Shown: positions 55,166 to 64,000 of the stretch, piece by piece
Layout of the letters: the number at the start of each line of letters is the position of its first letter
Numbering within the stretch: the first letter of the stretch is position 1
DNA from: Eledone cirrhosa
Lineage: Eukaryota
Length of the DNA stretch: 64,000 bases
Direction: 5' to 3'
Assembly: GCA_964016885.1 (NCBI GenBank)
Contig: OZ024746.1
Coordinates: 38,006,001 to 38,070,000 of the forward strand
Program-made: the position numbers and the translations under genes
The notes under the pieces: model-generated
Seen by the model: only the letters and a program-made list of their open reading frames with translations
What the model was told of the DNA's origin: nothing
The model's database searches: none

Positions 55166-55225
<60 letters not shown>

Positions 55226-56026
55226 TGCTGTTGTTTTTATTGTTGTTGTTTTTGTTGTTCTTGTAGGAGTCGAAGGTGCTGTTGTTAGTTTTGCCGTTGT
55301 TATCTTCGTTGTTAATGGTGGTGGTTTTCATGGCGGTAATAGTGGTCGATGTTATTTTAGAGATTGCTTTATTAATTATTAATTCAATTACTGATTTTAT
55401 TATTCTTACTTTTTTCAATTTTTATTTCTGCTTTTATTTTTTTTGTTTTTTTTTGTTTTGTTTTTCGATATAGTTGTTACAATTCCTCACTTTCGCATCA
55501 TTTCAAACACAACAAATATAAACAAATATAAACAAATATAAACAAATATAAAATATCAAATATAAAAGTGATGCAGTAGCAACCAATTAACTGAAATTTT
55601 CGATTATCGAAATTAAAATATATGAGAATCTATTCGACCGATTAGTGTAAAACGAAAGAATAAGAAAAATAAATAAAATCCTTAAAAAAAGAAATACGAA
55701 GGCGAAAGGTGAGAGGACACTTACATGAACAAATATAAAAAAACATTTGCAAAAATGAAATATAACAAATCAAAATAATAGCACACTCAATTAATACTCA
55801 TACATCAATCAACACATTAGATCAAACACATCGTTTATACATAGAGATATATGCACACAGACTCAGACGTATATAAAACTAGATTCACGCGCAAACAATG
55901 AGAATACTGAACGTAAATCATACCTAGATGACACACACAAATAAAACGATTCTCAATAATTGCAAAGTTAAGCATTTGGCATAGAACCTTTGGCACTATG
56001 TTGTTTGTATTCGCTTGAGGATACAT

Positions 56027-56102
<76 letters not shown>

Positions 56103-56236
56103 TAGAGAGGAGGAGGGGGGTTTATATCCGCAGTAGTAGAGCGCTCAGTCAGTCCATCAGACGAGTTTGGTAATCATAGTTGCACAAGAGTTAGTGAACC
56201 ATTTCTGAGGACAATGTGTTAATGGATCATCAGCTC

Positions 56237-56287
<51 letters not shown>

Positions 56288-56295
<8 letters not shown>

Positions 56296-56628
56296 AGATC
56301 AAAAGATGGTTAAAGGAGTTCCATATATTTTATTATGCGCATTTCAAAAACAAACATCATCAAGCAATAATATTTGTGTTTTCATCAGATAAAACAGGAG
56401 AACATGATATGAAGGCTAAAAAACACTTGTTGATAGTGCAGTTTTAAATCAACATATGATATGTTGATTTAAAACTGCACTATCAACAAGTGTTTTTTAG
56501 CCTTCATATCATGTTCTCCTGTTTTATCTGATGAAAACACAAATATTATTGCTTGATGATGTTTGTTTTTGAAATGCGCATAATAAAATATATGGAACTC
56601 CTTTAACCATCTGTTGATCTTATATTAT
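56288..56628. repeat. 341-bp near-perfect palindrome (family F 3' ends) adjoining (TA)n
   Basis: Centre caacatat-g-atatgttg; one mismatch seen. The left arm is essentially identical to 62882-63053. Confidence 0.95.
56522..56588 (+). ncRNA. Type I hammerhead ribozyme (family F)
   Basis: ttttat-CTGATGA-aaacacaaatattatt-gctt-gatgatgtttgttttt-GAAA-tgcgca-TA-ataaaa; stem III is the palindrome ATGCGCAT. Inverse copies at 56328-56394 and 62922-62988. Confidence 0.85.
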
Positions 56629-57147
56629 GCATACTCCAGTCCCACAAACTGTAGAGTGCTTCTTATCCGATATCTGCATTGCATACAGATGACCTCCTCC
56701 ATTGTGTCGGTAGTGGTAGTGGTGTTAAGGGGTCAGCTGGCAGCTCAGATTTAGAGTGCTCCTGGCATGTTCAGAAATGCGTGTGTGTTACAACTAATAT
56801 CAACATTTGAAAAATATTAACTGAAGTAGAAAACCTGTGTGTCAGGATCGAGACATGTAAAGAATTACAATTCTTATACTATCATTGAGTGGTGCGTTTA
56901 AGAGCAAATGAGAAAAAAGTGGTGTGTAAAACACCAAAAACTTTAGTGTCAAATTCCGGAAATGCAAACGACTACAGCTCTTATTTCTGCATAAATTATA
57001 TATTCGTGTATGTCCAGGCACATCGTTGCAGGTACACACGCACAAAGCCAGGCTCAGGTGCATTCCATGTGTGTATATATATATATACACACACACACAC
57101 ACATACACACATTATATACACACACATATATATATGCACACATACAT

Positions 57148-57201
<54 letters not shown>

Positions 57202-57389
57202 ACATACATGTAAGTATCTATGTATGTATAATTTTAAACAACAGTATCTATGTATGGACATATGTATAAGTATGCGTTGCTATAGGAGTCGATCGAGGCA
57301 TGAGTGTGTAGGGGGTGGTTTACCTTGGGCTTGGTGTGGCGGGGCTACTGTCCCTATAGCTTGAGGAAATTTCCCATCCCAATGTGTTG

Positions 57390-58097
57390 TTATTGTCCAT
57401 ATAGTTTGAGGAAGGTCTCTGCCCTAAGGTGTCTACATGTACCGAAGTAGTGGGTCCTGAGGTTTATTAGGCTGCTTCCACCGGTGAGTATCTCGAGGGT
57501 ATCGCTAAGAAATAGTTTGCAGATGACAGATCCCCCTCTACCAGGTGATACTTTCCTGATTTTGGACCAGGCCAGAGAGTACGGGGTCCTGTCCAGCTTG
57601 AGCTTCCATATCAGTTCTGAAAGAGCCGTACTTTTCCTTTTGTCCTCCCTATTAAAGGAATGGTGATGGTTATACGATCGGTCTTTGATGCTTGTTGATG
57701 TGGCCCCTATGTAAAGGTGACCAGAGTTGGGGGGGGGGACTCTAATCCGTATATTAAGTTCTTCCTTAGTCATTCGTTGCTAAGGGGGCATAATGTGGGG
57801 GTTCTGCAGTCGAAGGAGGTGGTCGACCCTGGGTTCCTAATGAGGAGTTCCCGTTGCGTATTAAAGGGTGGTCTTCTCCTGGGCCCGGTGGGGGAGGGGT
57901 CTTTGGGTCTGTTTAGGTTCCCAGGGTGGGTACCAGATCAAACCTTCCTTCCCTCCACATGGCTCTGCTGGGTGCTTAAATTGCCAGATTCTGGTTGTGT
58001 GTAATTTCTAAGTCTACCTCTATTGATGCTAGCTATGTGCTGGGCTATGTTGCGCGTGGTAGATTACGAGACCTTCACAGTGTGTCTGTTGAAGACC
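57390..58097 (-). pseudogene. Decayed Naiad-type PLE fragment (linker + GIY-YIG)
   Basis: VFNRHTVKVS*STTRNIAQHI..DCRTPTLCPLSNE*LRKNLIY, then a frameshift to LYIGATSTSIKDRSYNHHHSF..STALSELIWKLK..LINLRT..CRH. Colinear with the 59618 ORF. Confidence 0.85.
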
Positions 58098-58150
58098 TTT
58101 TTTTTATTTTATATATATATATATATATATATATGATATATATATATATA

Positions 58151-58247
<97 letters not shown>

Positions 58248-59617
58248 ATTAAATAAATGGAAACTATATTTATTTCATTATATATATTTCGGGGATATCA
58301 TATTAACAATATGCTATGCCTTCCTCAGACAAAATACAATATAAACAGTTTTATAGATAAATAGATTCGACATACCGTTATAACACCGACTTGCATTTGA
58401 AGAGGTTAAGCTGGCAGTGAAAAAATGTCATACAGAGAGAAAGAAAGAGAGAAAAAAAGAAAGAAAGACAGAAAACGAAGAAAAGGAAGAAAAAGAAGAA
58501 ATGCATGGAACAAAATATAGAGATGGAAAGATAAATAAAGAGAAGAACTTCATGTAAAGAAACCGAAAGAGATATATATATATAGAGAGAGAGGAAACAG
58601 AGATAGATACATATATATATAGAAAATTAGGTAGTGGGAGGTCATTTTGAGTAAATGTATCAATGATACATTTATTTATTTATTTATTTATTTAGCTCTA
58701 GTATTAATGTAAGGGAGATATATAGAGAGAGAACAAATATAGAGAGAGAAAAAATAGCGCGAGAAAAAATTTAAAAATAGCCAGACATATTCGAGGCGTA
58801 AAAACCCTATGTCTTAATGTATTAGAATTCATAAAACTTCCACTATATTGTAAATATCAGTATTCCTGAATGAGACAAATATCCATAGTGTGTGAAAATT
58901 AATTATCTTATGTTTAGTTTTTTAAAAAAAATTCATATGTTTATGTTATAGCTACAAACATCCATGTGAATCCACATTATCAACTCTGCAAACTCTAAAT
59001 TCACAGAAAACATTCTCAATGTGGTATAAAAATTTGAATATACATATATGTGTATTATTATTCATGTCTTTACTCTACAAGATTATCTATCAAGGAGAAA
59101 TAGAGAGCAGATTTCAATATACTAATAAAAATATATATCAGAAACAAAACTAAAAATAAAAAGATAACAATAATAATAATAAGTAACAATAAAATAGAAA
59201 ACTAAAAAAATATTACGAAAGAATATTACATATTAAAAATATTACATACTAAAAATATTACGTATTAAAAATTATTACGTATTAAAAAATTTACATATTA
59301 AAGATATTAAAAATAAAAATAAAAATAAAAATAAAAAATAAAAAATATTATAAAATACTACAATAATAAAAAATAAAAATAAACCACAAAGATCAACCCT
59401 TCAAAATTAATTGACAATATATTGCCAAGTTCATTATAAGACAAAGCCAAAAATTATCTATCAAATCACATCTAGCAAAGATCATTTCAAAAAGTTGATG
59501 ATGTCCAAATTGGTCTACATGTGTTCTTATATTTAATATAGAAGTTTATCTAGTGTAAGGTTTATTCAAAATATTTGGAGCATCAGCTTTTAGGGTAGCT
59601 TAATTTTTCATGACAGG

Positions 59618-61183
59618 GTGATACAGCAAATTAAGAACTTGGATTGTGTATCTAACCTGAGCTTGTGGAAGGGAACTGGAGAGGTTGTTGAGTGGTTTAG
59701 GCAAATTAAATATAACAATAATAATAGGTTTATTCAACTTGATATAGCTAACTATTATTCTTCTATTACCCCTAGTCTACTAAATAAGGCACTAAATTAC
59801 GCATTCAAACATACTGACCTAACTAGCAAAGAAATGCATATTATATTATCGGCTAGGAAAACTTTGATAGAATTTAATGACAAATTATGGACCAGAGCAG
59901 ATAGAGATAGCAATTTTGACATAACTATGGGATCTTCCGACTCAGCTCAGGTAACTGACCTTGTGGGCTTATTTTTAATCAATTCGCTACATAGGAAGAT
60001 ACCTGGTACTACCGGAGGTTTATATAGGGATGACATGCTTTTACTTATTAATAATAATAACCCTGAACTAAATAGAAAATATAAACAAATTACAAAATTT
60101 TTTAATTACTTTAACCTTAAAATAGAAATTGAGAACAACCATAGAATAGTCAATTTCCTAGATATAACATTAAATCTCAACACATGTCTCCACTATCCTT
60201 TTCACAAGTTGAATGAAAACTTAAACTATGTCAACTTTAACTCTAACCACCCCAGATCTGTCAAAAACACTATAGTAAACTCAGTTCAAAAACGTATCTC
60301 TAGGATCTCGTCGAATAGAAAGATTTTCGACGAAAAGGCCCAATACTATAATGAAGCATTAGCTAGGGCAGGATATGCTGATAAGATTGTGTACATAGAT
60401 AATGATAGACAAACTAAACAAAGTAACAACTTTTTTAATTACGGCAACAACATTAACAACTATATTAGAAAGCATTACAATAATTCCAAAGGCCAAAAAA
60501 GAAATAGAACTAGGAACATAATTTGGTTTGCCCCCCCTTTCTCACTAAACATTAACACCCACATCGCTAAATTATTTTTCAAAGCTCTTGATAATAGCTT
60601 CCCTAGAACACATAGGTATCACTCACTTTTCAATAGGCATACAATTAAATTAACCTACTCATCCACCAAAAATTTAGCACAAAATATTAGTAGAATAAAT
60701 AATAGGAACTTAAAACCTAGTGATAATAGCATAAATAATATACAAGTTAACAAATGTAACTGTAGAGATAGATCTAAATGTCCGTTAAATAACAACTGCT
60801 TAGTTAAAAATATAGTATACAATTGTAATGTTAATACTGACTCTAATTCTTTTAACTACGTCGGTTCCACATCGACGGAATTTAAACTTCGCTATAATAA
60901 CCACAAGAATTCTTTCACAGATCCAAGTAAAAAATCTTCAACGGCACTATCAGGCGTACTCTGGCAACTTAAGCTAGATAACGTTAGATATTCGACGGCT
61001 TGGTATATAGTCTCAAGAGGGATTCCTTTTAATTCATCCTCTGAGACATGTGACCTCTGCGCAGAGGAGATATTCTTTATACTAAAATCTAAAAATTCCC
61101 TTAATCTACGGACAAATTTATTCAGTTGTTGCAAACATAGATTAATCTCAACGTTTAAATATAAATTTAAATTTAAAATGTAG
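59618..61183 (+). CDS. PLE reverse transcriptase + GIY-YIG endonuclease, 5'-truncated but uninterrupted
   Basis: RT motifs FIQLDIANYYSSI, FDITMGSSDS, GLYRDD, NFLDITL, SNHP; IIWFAPPFS; CNC..CPL...C..IVY..YVG..FKLRYNNH; CDLC..E..LN.R..CCKH. The ORF opens at GTG right after the inversion junction, so the true N-terminus is missing. Confidence 0.92.
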   Translation: MIQQIKNLDCVSNLSLWKGTGEVVEWFRQIKYNNNNRFIQLDIANYYSSITPSLLNKALNYAFKHTDLTSKEMHIILSARKTLIEFNDKLWTRADRDSNFDITMGSSDSAQVTDLVGLFLINSLHRKIPGTTGGLYRDDMLLLINNNNPELNRKYKQITKFFNYFNLKIEIENNHRIVNFLDITLNLNTCLHYPFHKLNENLNYVNFNSNHPRSVKNTIVNSVQKRISRISSNRKIFDEKAQYYNEALARAGYADKIVYIDNDRQTKQSNNFFNYGNNINNYIRKHYNNSKGQKRNRTRNIIWFAPPFSLNINTHIAKLFFKALDNSFPRTHRYHSLFNRHTIKLTYSSTKNLAQNISRINNRNLKPSDNSINNIQVNKCNCRDRSKCPLNNNCLVKNIVYNCNVNTDSNSFNYVGSTSTEFKLRYNNHKNSFTDPSKKSSTALSGVLWQLKLDNVRYSTAWYIVSRGIPFNSSSETCDLCAEEIFFILKSKNSLNLRTNLFSCCKHRLISTFKYKFKFKM

Positions 61184-62633
61184 TATATTTAGTTTGATTT
61201 ATATTTATATGGGAAACTAGCCGATAAATTTTTGATTCCTAAATTTTTGATTCCTTCTTTTTATTCTTTTTTTATTGTTTATTTTTATTTTATTTTTATT
61301 TAAACATTCCTCATGAAAAATTAAGCTACCCTAAAAGCTGATGCTCCAAATATTTTGAATAAACCTTACACTAGATAAACTTCTATATTAAATATAAGAA
61401 CACATGTAGACCAATTTGGACATCATAAACTTTTTGAAATGATCTTTGCTAGATGTGATTTGATAGATAATTTTTGGCTTTGTCTTATAATGAACTTGGC
61501 AATATATTGTCAATTAATTTTGAAGGGTTGATCTTTGTGGTTTATTTTTATTTTTTATTATTGTAGTATTTTATAATATTTTTTATTTTTTATTTTTATT
61601 TTTATTTTTATTTTTATTTTTATTTTTATTTTTATTTTTATTTTTATTTTTATTTTTAATATCTTTAATATGTAAATTTTTTAATACGTAATATTTTTTA
61701 ATACGTAATATTTTTTAGTATGTAATATTTTTAATATGTAATATTCTTTCGTAATATTTTTTTAGTTTTCTATTTTATTATTACTTATTATTATTATTGT
61801 TATCTTTTTATTTTTAGTTTTGTTTCTGATATATATTTTTATTAGTATATTGAAATCTGCTCTCTATTTCTCCTTGATAGATAATCTTGTAGAGTAAAGA
61901 CATGAATAATAATACACATATATGTATATTCAAATTTTTATACCACATTGAGAATGTTTTCCGTGAACTTAGAGTTTGCAGAGTTGATAATGCGGATTCA
62001 CATGGATGTTTGTAGCTATAACATAAACATATGAATTTTTTTAAAAAAACTAAACATAAGATAATTAATTTTCACACACTATGGATACTTGTCTCATTCA
62101 GGAATACTGATATTTACAATATAGTGGATGTTTTATAAATACTAATACATTAAAACATAGGGTTTTTACGCCTCGCATATATCTGGTTATTTTTAAATTT
62201 TTTCTCTCGCTATATTTTTTTCTCTCTCTATATTTTTTCTCTCTCGATATATCTCCCTTACATTAATACTAGAGCTAAATAAATAAATAAATAAATAAAT
62301 GTATCATTGATACATTTACTCAAAATGACCTCCCACTACCTAATTTTCTATATATATATGTATCTATCTCTATTTCCTCTCTCTCTATATATATATATCT
62401 CTTTCGGTTTCTTTACATGAAGTTCTTCTCTTTATCTATCTTTCCATCTCTATATTTTGTTCCATGCATTTCTTCTTTTTCTTCCTTTTCTTCGTTTTCT
62501 GTCTTTCTTTCTTTTTTTCTCTCTTTCTTTCTCTCTGTATGAAATTTTTTCACTGCCAGCTTAACCTCTTCAAATGCAAGTCGGTGTTATAACGGTATGT
62601 CGAATCTATTTATCTATAAAACTGTTTATATTG

Positions 62634-62699
62634 TATTTTGTCTGAGGAAGGCATAGCATATTGTTAATATGATATCCCCGAAATATATATAATGAAATA
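62634..62699 (+). ncRNA. Type I hammerhead ribozyme at the 3' end of the Naiad element
   Basis: tattttgt-CTGAGGA-aggcatagcatatt-gtt-aatatgatatcccc-GAAA-tatata-TA-atgaaata. Inverse copy at 58271-58336. Confidence 0.75.
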
Positions 62700-62827
62700 A
62701 ATATGGTTTTATAAATATAGTTTCCATTTATTTAATATTGTAAATATACTCCAAATATTTGTCGAGTGCTTTTATATCAGTTATAAATATTTACTAGTTG
62801 TAACCCAACAATTTTAAATATAACTTT

Positions 62828-62881
<54 letters not shown>

Positions 62882-62889
<8 letters not shown>

Positions 62890-64000
62890 AGATCAAAAGA
62901 TGGTTAAAGGAGTTCCATATATTTTATTATGCGCATTTCAAAAACAAACATCATCAAGCAATAATATTTGTGTTTTCATCAGATAAAACAGGAGAACATG
63001 ATATGAAGGCTAAAAAAACACTTGTTGATAGTGCAGTTTTAAATCAACATATGAAAAGTGGTTTTAGATTGATGTGTGATATTGGGAAAAATATTTTATT
63101 TAGAGAGGGGGGGTAAAGGATGAAAAGGGAAGGAGATGAGAGGGAGAGATGGGTGATACAGAGAAAGAGATAGTTTTTATAACTGAGAGGAGATATATTT
63201 TTTATATAGAGGGGTTGAAAACCGTTGGAAGATACTGTATAAATTAAAAATTTTGAAAATTAACGAAGGTAGGATATGTGCGAGGAAAAAATATTTTATT
63301 TAGGGAGGGGGGGGGGTGCAAAGGATGAAAAAAAAAAGGGGGGAGGAGATGAGAGTGAAGGTGGAGAGGGAGAGATGGGTGATAGAGAGAAAGAGATAGT
63401 TTTATAACTGAGAAAAAGATATATTGTTTTAATATAGAGAGGTTGGGAACCGTTGGAAGATAATGTATAAATTAAAGGAATTTGAAAATTAACGAAGGGA
63501 AATTATGTATGAAGATAGAGAGAAAAAAATAATAATTGTGGGTGAATATTCTAACGTCAAAAGAAGAAATGTATGTATTGTGGCAATTTCAAAATTAGCG
63601 AAGAGAAAAATGTTAAGGTTTATGTGTAGAAGGATTTGAGAAAAATAATGTAAAGTTAAAGTTTGTATATTGAATTCATATGTATTAATAATGAGTTCGT
63701 TGATGGGGAGAAAAAAATAATAATAAATTAAGGATGAAATTGAGATTAAAAAGATTTATGATAGAGAGAAAAAATAATAATGATTGCGGATGAATATTCA
63801 AAATGTCAAAAACAAATGTTATTGTTTTACGAGAAGATAGAATGAGGGTAATGAGTAAACGAGTATTATAGAGTGTATAATGCCCTTTAAAGTAAGGTAG
63901 ATGGGTATATTTTAAAGAGGTGTATGTATATGTGCCTTTGAGAAAAGATTCTAAATTGATAAAGAATTGAATATTAACTGTATACTTTGTGAAAAGTTCT
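62882..64000 (-). mobile_element. 3' end and long 3' UTR of another HHR-bearing element (family F), continuing beyond the window
   Basis: Starts at (TA)n; HHR at 62922-62988 (-); GA-rich plus strand with an internal ~200-bp duplication (63087-63268 and 63287-63498). Confidence 0.7.

Larger units (their letters stand above)
58242..62830 (+). mobile_element. Penelope-like element (Naiad type, family A) with ~1.37-kb inverted terminal copies of its 3' end, inserted in (TA)n
   Basis: 58242-59613 is the reverse complement of 61311-62742. The RT/EN ORF lies between the arms; the sense end extends a further 88 nt to 62830; (TA)n on both sides. Confidence 0.9.

Overview
AT-rich, microsatellite-saturated eukaryotic intergenic or intronic DNA, most likely from an octopus/cephalopod (inferred from a recurrent tRNA-derived SINE and the repeat landscape). 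No host protein-coding gene is recognisable. Main contents: (1) a near-intact 5.7-kb Tx1-clade LINE (ORF1 zinc knuckle; ORF2 APE-RT-zinc finger) inserted in a (GATA)n tract; (2) a 5'-truncated Penelope-like element (PLE) of the Naiad type (RT + GIY-YIG) enclosed by ~1.37-kb inverted copies of its own 3' end, plus two further GIY-YIG fragments; (3) about a dozen 0.1-0.8-kb fold-back palindromes sitting in (TA)n tracts. Most palindromes carry type I hammerhead ribozymes (HHR) or their 3' halves, and three unrelated families use a compensated U3-A8 catalytic core. The palindromes appear to be PLE 3' ends joined head-to-head, often with the fold-back point in ribozyme stem II or at a short palindrome, and with a one-sided tail. 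Also present: mariner, RTE and older Tx1 relics, SINEs and an 18-bp minisatellite. All calls were made by eye; no searches or folding programs were run.
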